A DNA stretch of 64,000 nucleotides from positions 6,987 to 70,986 of the forward strand of contig JAJAYZ010000067.1 in assembly GCA_027118455.1 (NCBI GenBank), given 5' to 3'. The stretch is from Actinomycetes bacterium. Its GTDB lineage: Bacteria > Actinomycetota > Actinomycetes > JAHEKZ01. The position numbers were made by a program, and so were the translations under genes. A model generated the notes under the pieces. That model was not told the DNA's origin. It did not search any database and saw only the letters and a list, made by a program, of their open reading frames with translations. Positions 41,422 to 51,057 of the stretch are shown here, in pieces (within the stretch, counting starts at the first letter, position 1; each line of letters starts with the position of its first letter).

Positions 41422-41768
41422 GCCGAGCGGCGGGCGGCGCCGGAGGCCCGCAGGAGCCCAAGGCGCTCTTCGAGCAGCTCTTCGAGTTCAGGAATCGAGC
41501 GTCGCTCCAGCAGCATGTCCCAGTGGGTGCGGGAGGGTTTGATCGCCTTCTCTTCCGGGAGAGGCACGTCGCGACCAATCGCAACGGCTCCGCACGCGCG
41601 GCACTCCCAGCGAGCCGGCACGTCAGCTTCGACGGAGAACGGCATGGTGAAGGAGTGGCCTTCAGGGCAGTCGTACGTGACGTCGAGGCGAGCTGCTGGC
41701 TCTACACCCTCGTCATTCTCGTAACTCGTCGCACCCAGACGGGTCCCCCGAAGCGAGCGCTCAGCCAT
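41418..41768 (-). CDS. rbpA: RNA polymerase-binding protein RbpA
   Basis: 116 aa; ..YDCPEGHSFTMPFSVEADVPARWECRACG.. and a C-terminal sigma-interaction helix. Adjacent to ppm1 as in M. tuberculosis. Confidence 0.9.
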   Translation of the reverse strand: MAERSLRGTRLGATSYENDEGVEPAARLDVTYDCPEGHSFTMPFSVEADVPARWECRACGAVAIGRDVPLPEEKAIKPSRTHWDMLLERRSIPELEELLEERLGLLRASGAARRSA

Positions 41769-41945
41769 GGTCAGCCTCCAATGTCGATGCCTACGGCAAC
41801 GTCTTTTCGGTTCGACGGATTCCCGCGTCGGTTGGTTCCCGCCCTATCTGTCCGTTTTGTCGCTTTATCGTTCCTCCAGGGTGACGTCGGCGAGCCGACG
41901 GCGCAAGCCGCCGTGCGGGGGACACCTGTTCGGTTCCCGGCCCGT

Positions 41946-43328
41946 TCAGAGGACCGCCGGCCTCAGGTTCCCCACAGCGTCGATGGCCACGCCGACCTGC
42001 ACGCGGTGGAGGAGTAGTCCACCGACGATGAAGAAGGCAACGAGGACGACGATGGCCACCCGGTAGGAGCCGGAGACCTCGTAGGTCAGGGCGAAGGTCA
42101 AAGTGCCGAGCCAGCTCGTTCCGCGCTCGGAGATCTCGTAGAAGGCGAAGTATTCGGCCTCTCGGCTGCGCGGGATCAGCTGGGAGTACAGCGACCGCGA
42201 CAGAGCCTGGGAGCCGCCCAACACGAACCCGATCGCGACAGCTATCCCGTAGACCCCCATCGCTTGGCTCTGCGGCAGGTAGAACGCCACGACCAAGATG
42301 GCGCCCCACACCACCAAGGAGTGGAGGATCACCCTCTTGGCGCCCCACCGAGCCGCGAGCCGCCCGAGGGCCAGCGCCCCGGCGAAGGCGACGATCTGGA
42401 CGAGCAGGATCACCGAGATCGAGACAGAAGTGTCAAGGAGCAGCTCCTTCTCGATGTACACAGCAGCGAGGGCGATGACGGTCTGAATACCGTCGTTGTA
42501 GAGCAGGTAGGCGAACAGAAAGAGCAGGGTTTGCGGGTAGCGGCGAATGTCGCGCAGCGTGCCACCCAACTGCCGGAAGCCGCTGGTGAGGACTCCGCCT
42601 CCCCTTGACGGTGCTGGCTCGGGATCACTGTTGTCGGGCCTCGGCAGACTTCGCAGTCCGCGCACCGGAATGATCGTGAAGACCGCCCACCAAACCCCTG
42701 CTGAGAGCAAACTGATCCGCACGGCTTCGCGCTCAGACAGTCCGAAGGCGTCATGCCCCAGGTAGAGCGCCAGATTCACGACCAGCAGCACCGCCCCACC
42801 CAGGTATCCGAGCGCCCAGCCATGTGATGAGACCCGGTCGCGCTCGTCGGCCGTTGCGATCTGGGGGAGGAACGCGTTGTAGACAACGACACTCATACCG
42901 AACGCAAGGTTGGCCACCACCAGCAAGAACCCACCGAGCACAAAGCGCCCGTCGGTGAGGACAACCATGGTCATCGTCGCCACAGAACCAATCGCGGCGA
43001 AGGTCGCCAGTAGCTGACGCCGATGCCCGGATCGGTCGGCAATCGCCCCCGTCACCGGAAGGACCAACACCTGGAGAACTACCGAAAACGACACGAGCAA
43101 AGAGAAGTAGGTGCCCGGCCGGACGTCCCACAAGATGAAGCCAACGCGGCCATCTGCACCGGCCGCGTCCTCGGCGAGAGTCGTGAGGTACGGGCCGAGG
43201 AAGACTGTGACAACCGTCGTCGAGAAGGCCGAGTTTGCCCAGTCGTAGAAGTACCAGGCGCGCTGCTGGCGTCGCCGTTGATCGTCGGGCAGGTTTGCGC
43301 TCTCTGTTGTCACCGGTGAGGTCGCCAA
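41946..43328 (-). CDS. MFS transporter
   Basis: Twelve predicted transmembrane helices and MFS loop motifs. Confidence 0.8.
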   Translation of the reverse strand: MATSPVTTESANLPDDQRRRQQRAWYFYDWANSAFSTTVVTVFLGPYLTTLAEDAAGADGRVGFILWDVRPGTYFSLLVSFSVVLQVLVLPVTGAIADRSGHRRQLLATFAAIGSVATMTMVVLTDGRFVLGGFLLVVANLAFGMSVVVYNAFLPQIATADERDRVSSHGWALGYLGGAVLLVVNLALYLGHDAFGLSEREAVRISLLSAGVWWAVFTIIPVRGLRSLPRPDNSDPEPAPSRGGGVLTSGFRQLGGTLRDIRRYPQTLLFLFAYLLYNDGIQTVIALAAVYIEKELLLDTSVSISVILLVQIVAFAGALALGRLAARWGAKRVILHSLVVWGAILVVAFYLPQSQAMGVYGIAVAIGFVLGGSQALSRSLYSQLIPRSREAEYFAFYEISERGTSWLGTLTFALTYEVSGSYRVAIVVLVAFFIVGGLLLHRVQVGVAIDAVGNLRPAVL

Positions 43329-44116
43329 CCGTTGGCAGTGAAGACGTCCGTCAACACGTCAGTGTCATCACTCATGACGCCATCGACCCCCCTCGCCAGC
43401 AGTCGTGCCATCTCGGCGCCATCGTTGACCGTCCAGACATGGACGGGAAGGTCGACACGCCTAGCGAACTCAAGGAGGTCGACTCGCCTTGTGCCGAGCC
43501 GTGGTGTCCGTCGGGTGAGCCACCTGGGCACTTGCAGAACGTCAACGCCGGGGAGATCAAGCGTTTGGCCCCCCGCCATCTGCGTCATCGCCCTTCTCAG
43601 CTCACGAGGCCCGGCGGCCGTACATACCCTCGGCCCGAGGGCCGTTCGTACCCACCTGAGGCGCCGATCGCTGAATGACGCGACACAGGTTCGCGCCAGC
43701 ACGTCCCGGTCGAGGAGTAACCCAACGAGGGGGCGGACGGCGGCGTCCACCTTCGGGTCGATGTTGAACGACACATCCGGATACTCATCGAGCAGGTCGA
43801 CGAGTCGGGGGAGGGGTTCGTCTCCGACCGGAATGTTCGAGAGCTCGGCCCACGTCACCTGGGCAATCTGGACTCGCTCTCCCGCAACGCGGCGGAGGGA
43901 GTGGTCATGGCACGCCACCAGCACACCGTCCTGCGTGACCCGAACATCGGTCTCGAAGTAGCGGAATCCACCTCGATAGGCGCGTCGAAAGGCGGCTCTG
44001 GTGTTCTCGACGACCTGCGAGTCACTGTTCAGTGGCGCGCCGCGATGGACCATCGGGATTGGCCCGTCGTGCTCAAGAAAGGCGTGCAGGGGAGCAGCAC
44101 CTGGAGGCGGCGTCAC
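43310..44116 (-). CDS. Glycerophosphodiester phosphodiesterase family protein
   Basis: HRG motif (MVHRGAP) and ..FETDVRVTQDGVLVACHD.. GDPD signature. Confidence 0.8.
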   Translation of the reverse strand: MTPPPGAAPLHAFLEHDGPIPMVHRGAPLNSDSQVVENTRAAFRRAYRGGFRYFETDVRVTQDGVLVACHDHSLRRVAGERVQIAQVTWAELSNIPVGDEPLPRLVDLLDEYPDVSFNIDPKVDAAVRPLVGLLLDRDVLARTCVASFSDRRLRWVRTALGPRVCTAAGPRELRRAMTQMAGGQTLDLPGVDVLQVPRWLTRRTPRLGTRRVDLLEFARRVDLPVHVWTVNDGAEMARLLARGVDGVMSDDTDVLTDVFTANGWRPHR

Positions 44117-45492
44117 TACCCGGAGGAAACGCCAGCGCCCAGGCGATGCAGGAAGACCGTCTGAGCCAGTGCCGCCCGCTCGAGCTCTTGGAGGTCAACA
44201 CTCTCGTTGGCGGAGTGGATGTTGGCCTGCGCGCCGTCCTCAGCGCCCCACAGCACGAACTCGGCGGCTGGGTTGATTTCGGCCAGTGTGGTGAGCAGCG
44301 GGATAGAGCCGCCGCTGCCGATGACCTCGGTCGGCTTGCCATAGACATCAGCCATCGCGGCTCGTGCCGTCGTCACGGCCGGACCATCTGGTGAGGTACT
44401 CCAACCAGGCCACCCAGCGGTGGGTTTCACGTCGACACTCACGCCCCAGGGGGCGGCCGCCAGCAGATGCTCGGTCAACAGTTGGCATTCACGGTCTGCG
44501 TCAGCACCAGGGGGGATGCGCATCGAGACAGTCGCCTTGGCCCGTGGGGCCAGTGCATTCACCGCACCGTGCGTTGGTGCAGCGTCGAGGCCGATCACCG
44601 AGATGGCTGGACGGGACCAGAGCCGGCTGGAGAGGCGTCCGGTGCCGACGAGAGGCTGACCGGGGAGCATCCCGGACGCTCGCCGGAAGAGCTCCTCATC
44701 GGTGTCTCCGCCTCGCCACTCCGAGCCAGCGAGCCCGGCTACCGCGACGTCGCCAGCATCATCGTGCAAGGTGGCGAGCAGCCGCATCAGTGCCATGAGC
44801 GCATCTGGGGCGCCGCCCCCGAAGAGGCCTGAGTGGACAGGTCGCTCGAGGGTGCTGACCTCGATGTCCAAAACGACTCCGCCCCGCGTCGTTACCTCGA
44901 TCACCGGCTCACCGACCTGCTCGTTGCCGCCATCGGCGATGACGTAAACGTCCGCGTTGAACAGTTCGGGGTTCGCGAGCGCGAACGCTTCGAGGTGCGA
45001 CTCAGTCTCCTCCTCGCCTTCGATGACGACGCGCAAGCCGATCGCCACGCCATCGCCGAGCGCCTGAAGGGTTGCCGCGTGCATCGCGATCCCTGACTTG
45101 TCATCGGCGGCGCCGCGCCCGTAGAGCCGGCCCTCTCGGACCACCGGGTTCCACGGATCGATCGTCCAGCCTTGCTCTGGCGGTGCCGGTTGGACGTCGT
45201 AGTGCGCATACAGCAGCACCGTCGGCGTACCCGGTGGCGCCGGGCGGTCGGCATACACGACGGGGTACCCGCCAGCTACCTCCAGCAACCGAGCGTTGGG
45301 CAACCCACTGCGCCTCAGGAGCGCGACCGTCTCTTCGGCCATCTCGAGCACCGGCTCGGCCGGGAATCCAGGAAACGCGCACGAGGGGATCGCCACGAGC
45401 CGGGCGAGGTCGGCCGCGACGCCAGGCATCACAGCACTGACCCGTGCGCGCAGGTCTTCCAGGGACGCCGATGAATCAGCTGCTGTTGTCAC
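44116..45492 (-). CDS. M20 family dipeptidase/metallohydrolase
   Basis: M20 zinc ligand regions (..LLYAHYDVQP.., ..GAADDKSG..) and dimerisation domain. Confidence 0.85.
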   Translation of the reverse strand: MTTAADSSASLEDLRARVSAVMPGVAADLARLVAIPSCAFPGFPAEPVLEMAEETVALLRRSGLPNARLLEVAGGYPVVYADRPAPPGTPTVLLYAHYDVQPAPPEQGWTIDPWNPVVREGRLYGRGAADDKSGIAMHAATLQALGDGVAIGLRVVIEGEEETESHLEAFALANPELFNADVYVIADGGNEQVGEPVIEVTTRGGVVLDIEVSTLERPVHSGLFGGGAPDALMALMRLLATLHDDAGDVAVAGLAGSEWRGGDTDEELFRRASGMLPGQPLVGTGRLSSRLWSRPAISVIGLDAAPTHGAVNALAPRAKATVSMRIPPGADADRECQLLTEHLLAAAPWGVSVDVKPTAGWPGWSTSPDGPAVTTARAAMADVYGKPTEVIGSGGSIPLLTTLAEINPAAEFVLWGAEDGAQANIHSANESVDLQELERAALAQTVFLHRLGAGVSSG

Positions 45493-45537
45493 GCCAGCAT
45501 CCTCACAGAAACGGGGCAGTGCAGGCGAGCGTCCGCC

Positions 45538-47238
45538 CTAGGACAGCCCGACGATGTTCCCGTCAGCGTCGATGTCGATCCGTTCGGCCGCCGGGTGGCT
45601 CGAGAGCCCAGGCATGGTCCGGATCTCACCGCAGACGGCGTAGACGTATCCAGCACCGGCCGCAAGACGCAATTCGCGGACGGGCAGCGGCCCCCAGTTC
45701 TTCGGTGCACCGAGCAGACTGGCGTCACTGGTGATCGACAGATGGGTCTTGGCGATGACGATAGGCAGGTGCCCGTAGCCGAGGGCCGCGTACTTCTTGG
45801 CCTGAGCTGCCGCAGCGGGGGAGAAGTCGACACCGGTCGCACCGTAGAGCTCGGTGGCGATCGTCTCGATCTTCTTCTCGATGCTGTCCTCGAGGGGGTA
45901 CAAGAACTTGAAGTCGTTCGGCTCGTTGGCCACTTCCTCGACGACGCGCGCGAGGTCCACCGCACCGGCGCCACCATCGACGACGTGGGTGGCGACCGCA
46001 GAACGCGCCCCAGCCTCGGCTGCGATCTCGGCGATGATTGCGTGCTCACTCGGGTGATCGGTGGGGAAGGCGTTGATGGCCACGACCGGTGTGATGCCAA
46101 ACTTCTTGAGGTTCTCGAGGTGTTTGCGGAGGTTGGCGCCGCCGGTTGCCACCTCGTCAGGGTTCTCAGCCAGCAGCTCAGGCGGCAATGGCTTGCCCGG
46201 CTTGATTGAGTGGCGACCGGAGTGGGCCTTCAGCGCTCGGACGGTGGCCACGACAACCGCAGCCGACGGCGTCAGACCGGACAACCTGCACTTCAGGTCG
46301 AAGAACTTTTCGGCACCAATGTCGGCGCCAAAACCGGCTTCGGTGATGAGGTAGTCGCCAGTGCGAATGCCGATCATGTCGGCAACGATTGAGGACTGTC
46401 CGGTTGCAATATTGCCGAAGGGGCCGGTGTGCACGAGAGCAGGCTGACCCTCAATAGTCTGCAGCACGTTGGGCTTGAGGGCGTCACGCAAGATGACGGC
46501 CATCGAGCCGGCCACCTTGAGATCTTCAGCCGTCACTGGCTCACCTGACTTGGTGTAGCCAACCACGATCTTTCCCACCCGTTCGCGGAGGTCTTTCTCC
46601 GAGGTCGCCAATGCAAGAAGCACCATGAGCTCGCTGGCCGCGGTGATGTCGAACCCGGTCTGGCGAGGCACTCCGTCGAGCCTAGTCCCGAGTCCGACGA
46701 TCACATTGCGAAGCGCGCGGTCGTTGACGTCCATCACCCGACGCCACTCAATCGCGTGCGGGTCGAGGCCGAGCTCGTTGCCCTGATACAGGTGGTTGTC
46801 GACGATCGCCGCGAGCAGGTTGTGTGCAGCGGTGATGGCATGGAAGTCCCCGGTGAGATGCAGGTTGAGCTTCTCCATCGGAATTACCTGGCTGTAGCCA
46901 CCGCCGGCCGCTCCGCCCTTGATGCCGAAAGTCGGGCCCATGGAGGGCTGCCGCAGCGCCAAGGTGGCCCGCTTGCCGATGCGTCCGAAGCCCTGGGCCA
47001 GTCCGATCGAGGTCGTCGTCTTGCCTTCGCCGAGGGGGGTGGGTGTGATTGCCGTGACCAGGATGTACTTCGCCGGGGGACGGTCGGCCAGCTCTTCGAT
47101 CGCATCGAGACTGACCTTGCCGATTTCCCGGCCGTACGGTTCCCATAGATGCTCTGGTAGTCCCATTGAGCTGGTGATCTCGCCGATCGGGAGGACGGTG
47201 GACGCGCGGGCAATATCGAGGTCACTAGGGATGCTCAC
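45538..47238 (-). CDS. fhs: Formate--tetrahydrofolate ligase
   Basis: Fhs signature (..PLGEGKTTTSIGL.. P-loop), about 565 aa. The likely start is GTG at 47238 (VSIPSDLDIA..), not the far upstream ORF start. Confidence 0.9.
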   Translation of the reverse strand: MSIPSDLDIARASTVLPIGEITSSMGLPEHLWEPYGREIGKVSLDAIEELADRPPAKYILVTAITPTPLGEGKTTTSIGLAQGFGRIGKRATLALRQPSMGPTFGIKGGAAGGGYSQVIPMEKLNLHLTGDFHAITAAHNLLAAIVDNHLYQGNELGLDPHAIEWRRVMDVNDRALRNVIVGLGTRLDGVPRQTGFDITAASELMVLLALATSEKDLRERVGKIVVGYTKSGEPVTAEDLKVAGSMAVILRDALKPNVLQTIEGQPALVHTGPFGNIATGQSSIVADMIGIRTGDYLITEAGFGADIGAEKFFDLKCRLSGLTPSAAVVVATVRALKAHSGRHSIKPGKPLPPELLAENPDEVATGGANLRKHLENLKKFGITPVVAINAFPTDHPSEHAIIAEIAAEAGARSAVATHVVDGGAGAVDLARVVEEVANEPNDFKFLYPLEDSIEKKIETIATELYGATGVDFSPAAAAQAKKYAALGYGHLPIVIAKTHLSITSDASLLGAPKNWGPLPVRELRLAAGAGYVYAVCGEIRTMPGLSSHPAAERIDIDADGNIVGLS

Positions 47239-47261
47239 GCAGATACCTTGACGTAGAGATG

Positions 47262-47345
47262 CCTGGGATTCCAGGCCATTGGTCCCGGTGGTTCGCAATG
47301 TTCCGCGATGCGGAACGGCGGTTCCGCGAACCACGGCTCAACTGC
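47262..47345. promoter_or_regulatory. Nested palindrome / triple GTTCCGC repeat upstream of fhs
   Basis: GGTTCGC-AATG-TTCCGC-GAT-GCGGAA-CGGCG-GTTCCGC-GAACC: perfect 6-3-6 palindrome TTCCGCGATGCGGAA, flanked by GGTTCGC/GCGAACC. Confidence 0.4.
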
Positions 47346-47347
47346 AT

Positions 47348-48105
47348 TCAGCCACCCAGCCAGCGGTAGTTCATTGCCACCTTCACCCTCAACTGGGCAA
47401 GATGCTGCGCCACCACTGGGGGAGGCTGTCCCGTTTCGGCCGACGCGTCGAGCATTTGATCGGTGTTGGTACGAATCCGCTCTTCGATCACGGTGAACGC
47501 CTGGGAGGCGGTGCCGCCTGCGTGCTCGACCGCCGCGCATATCACCCCTCCTGCGTCGGCGACAAAGTCGGGGAGAACGAGGACTCCGCGGGTGTGGAGA
47601 ACCTCCTCCGCCTCCGGGCTGGCCGGAATGTTGGCACCCTCCCGCCCCACCCCGGTCGCACCCAGGACGTCCAATGGAATTCCACCGAGGCCCGGCGGGG
47701 GGGGAGTCCGACCGCACGACCACAGGACTCGCGAAGCTGGGCCATCAGCCCTTCGCCATGCCCATGTCTGCTCCTGGGATGTATCCGCGGATAGTCCGGA
47801 TTCGGGATCCGAAAGCACCGCACCAGCGTCACCTTCACCTCGCGCGCCATGAAGGGGCCACCGACGATGCCGCCCTTTGCGCCGCCGTGCGGCAGACCGG
47901 CCAGCGCGTTCTTCAGAGTCATCGCACGGACCAAGCGGGCCACCTCTACGACCGAGACGTCGGCAGCCATCCCCACGCCACCGATCGCCGGTCCTGCCGC
48001 AAGATTGTCGACAACGACGAAACCGGTCAGCCCCGGCGCCGCGTCGTTGACCACCACGACCTACTCCGGTCCGAAGGCGCCGACCTCAGGTCGTTCGATG
48101 AACGT
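47348..48105 (-). pseudogene. Degraded Glu/Leu/Phe/Val-dehydrogenase family gene
   Basis: Three mutually frame-shifted fragments: the N-terminus (..FIERPEVGAFGPE), the catalytic Lys-loop fragment (..GLPHGGAKGG..) and the C-terminal fragment (..LVLPDFVADAGGVICAAVE..). The central NAD-binding GxGxxG domain (~100 aa) is missing. Confidence 0.65.
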
Positions 48106-48243
48106 CACGGCGTCCTCCTCGTTCACTTCTGAGCCATCGCACCGAGGAACTACTTCCTGAGGTCACTGCAAGGCTCACACAGCTGGCGACCTACGACATC
48201 GAGGGTCCGCGTGGCCCGCATCGGAGCAGGTGGGTCGCCGGGG

Positions 48244-48912
48244 CTAACCGGCCGTGGTCCGTAGCTCGTCCAACAGGCCGACGTACTGGTCTTCGCCCGA
48301 GCTGTCCTTTGCCCCGACGTACATCGTTGACGTGTTGGCGATGGTTCCGGTCGACCCACTCTTGGTCGTCGATGAGCCGTTCACCGTGATGCGAACGCTT
48401 GAGCCGTAACGCGTGCAACTGATGGTGTGCCAGTGACCGTCTGAAAGGTCGGGGCCTCGACTGACGGTGACCTTGCCGCTCGACCCCTGGAACTGGCAGT
48501 AGGCGTAGCCGTTCTGAAGAATCTCCAACTTCCAGTTTCCGCCGGTGGTGGTGCCGAGGCCTTTCCGAACTAGGTCGTAGTCGCCGACCGTGGACGATGG
48601 CTTCTCGGTGAACAGCACGCGGACACCGATGGTGAACGTGCCCGTCCCTGGGTTGAGCTTCGTAGAGTTGGGCACAGACACCCACGACGGCTTCTTGGGA
48701 AACTGGAAGGCATTGCCGGAGGACCCATCCACACCAGTCTCGACGTTTGAGGAGAGCGTGCCGTCCAGGTTGTTCGCGGAGGAGTCATTCATCACGGTGC
48801 CGGAGTCGTCCATGTGCCAGAGCCCGACCACCGTCGATGCCTCTGCCGGTGCGGCCACCCAGCCCACCAGTGAAAGGACCATGCCAGCGGGGATCAGTAA
48901 TTGCTTGCGCAT
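48244..48912 (-). CDS. Secreted LamG/concanavalin-A-like lectin domain protein
   Basis: N-terminal signal peptide (..VAAPAEAS), then a LamG-like jelly-roll pattern (..LDGTL..GNAFQF.. WHTISCT..VRITVNG.. LDELR). Confidence 0.6.
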   Translation of the reverse strand: MRKQLLIPAGMVLSLVGWVAAPAEASTVVGLWHMDDSGTVMNDSSANNLDGTLSSNVETGVDGSSGNAFQFPKKPSWVSVPNSTKLNPGTGTFTIGVRVLFTEKPSSTVGDYDLVRKGLGTTTGGNWKLEILQNGYAYCQFQGSSGKVTVSRGPDLSDGHWHTISCTRYGSSVRITVNGSSTTKSGSTGTIANTSTMYVGAKDSSGEDQYVGLLDELRTTAG

Positions 48913-49251
48913 CGTGGCTCCTTATTGCTCACGCGCCCCCCTTGCGAAGCCGCCGTCGGCGCCGCCGTAACGGGAGCGGTACGGGCGGTGGCCTCAGCTT
49001 GAGCATGGCCAGCCGTCGGCCGCAGCGCAACGACCACTCGTGCTTGGCCCGATCGTGTCCCAACCGCCGATAATCGACATTATGTCAGGTCGTACGGAAG
49101 GAGTAGGGCACTGCCTTGATCTTTTGCGTCCGGTTTGATCCCTCCTCCCTGTTGCCGGCGCTCACCGTCCCCCAAGGAGCCGCCGCCGGATCGGGTTGAC
49201 GAGCTCCTTTTGTCTACATCCTTTGGGAGAGGCTAAGGGTAAACCGTCTTT

Positions 49252-50541
49252 GTGATCGTTACTGATTCACTACCGGGTCGTCGATCCAAACGTGCGCTGG
49301 TCCTGGCCGGCTCTTGCGCGATCCTGATCGCCATTCCAGCAGCCTGGACACCGAGGACAGCCGCTCGTGCCGAGACCGGGCCCACGGCGTGGAGTGCGAC
49401 CGACGTCGGAGGGGCAATCGGACTGCAGATCTCCTCGGGGACCGACGGGCAGCTGTGCGCCGTGGACGTCGACCCCGACGGCATGACCGATCTGGTTCTG
49501 TCTATGCACGGTTCAGATCCCTGGCCGCTCCTTCGCCAGTCACCCGACGGGTCCTTCGCAAGGTCCTACGAATTCGGCCCGGTCAGTGATTACCACGGCT
49601 GCACGAGCAGTGACTTCGCAAGTGTCAACGAGGACGGGACGTTCGGCCCACCAGATGGCCGGGTCGACTTCTACTTCACGACCGGAGCCTGCCAGGGCAA
49701 GTGCACCAAACCCTATCCGAACCGCCTTTACGTGCAGACCCCCATCGGTACCTATGTCGATGCCGCAGCAGCGTTGCAGGTCGACAATCCGCACGGTCGT
49801 GGACGAGACGCAGTTGCCGTCGACGCCAACGCCGATGGGATCAGCGACATCTACGTCACCAACGAACCGTCATCGCTCTTCGTCGAACCCAATCACCTGT
49901 ACATCAACCAGGCTCCCGGGTTTGTCGAGCGAGCGGAACCGCAGGCGACCGGGCAGTACTCAAGCAAGTGCGCCGCGAAAGTCACCTACTTCTTCGCCAA
50001 CACTCCCGACGGATTCGTCGATGTGCGCGCCTCACTTGGAGTCCCAAGTTCGGAGACGTATCGCGACGTTGCCCTCGCGGATGTGAACGGCGATGGACAT
50101 CTCGACCTGCTAGCCGTCCGGCAAACCAAGTTCCTTGTGCGGCTTTGGAGAGGTCCGACAAGTCAGTACGGCGCCATTTCGTACCAGATACCGCTGCAGC
50201 AGGGCCGATCACTGGCCGTTGGTGACCTCTTGGGCAGCGGCAGAGCGCAAGACGTTTACGTCGTGGACGGCTGGAAGTCGGGCTCGCTTCGTCAAGCAAC
50301 GGATCAGATTCTGCAATGGACTGGATCTGCAACCACCACGTCCTTCGCGAAGTACGTGGCGCCGCAGGCTCTCGATACCGGCCGTACGACCGCTCCCCTC
50401 AATGGCGAGGGTGACCAGGTGACGATCGTGCCCAACTGGGCGGGGACCGGGCGCGGTCTCGCCGTGATTTCTAACGGGCTGTACGTGAAGGGCACCTATC
50501 AGGCGGTCACCATGGAGCCAGTTCTCTCCCCGACTCCGTAG
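49252..50541 (+). CDS. Secreted FG-GAP/VCBS repeat protein
   Basis: Signal peptide with RR (possibly Tat-type). Repeated D-x-N/D-x-DG-x-x-D calcium-binding loops (DVDPDGMTDL, DANADGISDI, DVNGDGHLDL) typical of FG-GAP beta-propeller blades. Confidence 0.55.
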   Translation: MIVTDSLPGRRSKRALVLAGSCAILIAIPAAWTPRTAARAETGPTAWSATDVGGAIGLQISSGTDGQLCAVDVDPDGMTDLVLSMHGSDPWPLLRQSPDGSFARSYEFGPVSDYHGCTSSDFASVNEDGTFGPPDGRVDFYFTTGACQGKCTKPYPNRLYVQTPIGTYVDAAAALQVDNPHGRGRDAVAVDANADGISDIYVTNEPSSLFVEPNHLYINQAPGFVERAEPQATGQYSSKCAAKVTYFFANTPDGFVDVRASLGVPSSETYRDVALADVNGDGHLDLLAVRQTKFLVRLWRGPTSQYGAISYQIPLQQGRSLAVGDLLGSGRAQDVYVVDGWKSGSLRQATDQILQWTGSATTTSFAKYVAPQALDTGRTTAPLNGEGDQVTIVPNWAGTGRGLAVISNGLYVKGTYQAVTMEPVLSPTP

Positions 50542-50550
50542 GCTGGAGGC

Positions 50551-51036
50551 ATGGGACTGTCCGTGCTCGACATCGACGGCGTTCTGGCCGACGTCCGGCA
50601 CCGGCTCCCCCATGTTCATCGTCGACCCAAGGACTGGGACGCCTTCTTCTCCGCCGCTCCTGATGACGCTCCCCTGCCGGAGGGACTGAACCGCGCCACC
50701 GAATTGGCGGCGCGCGGCGACATCATCTACCTCACCGGACGTCCCGAACGCTGTCGGCTCGACACCGAGACCTGGCTGGCCAGCAACGGCTTCCCGAACG
50801 CCAGCGTGCTGATGCGTCCCGACACCGATCGCCGCCCGGCTCAGATGTTCAAGCTCGACGAGGTCCAACGCCTCGCCGCAACCGCGACGATTGACCTCGT
50901 CGTCGACGACGACGCACTTGTCGTTGACACCCTCACCGCAGCAGGTTTCAGCGTCGAACATGCGATGTGGATGCCGGAGACCGAACCCCAGCAGGCATCG
51001 CTCTTCGAAGCGCAGGAGCGTGACGGGCGCACGTGA
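50551..51036 (+). CDS. HAD-superfamily phosphatase-like protein
   Basis: N-terminal LDIDGVL (DxDGV motif I) and downstream ..YLTGRP.. and ..VVDDD.. motifs. Family assignment tentative. Confidence 0.45.
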   Translation: MGLSVLDIDGVLADVRHRLPHVHRRPKDWDAFFSAAPDDAPLPEGLNRATELAARGDIIYLTGRPERCRLDTETWLASNGFPNASVLMRPDTDRRPAQMFKLDEVQRLAATATIDLVVDDDALVVDTLTAAGFSVEHAMWMPETEPQQASLFEAQERDGRT

Positions 51037-51057
51037 GCTGCCGACGGTCATGTCCGG

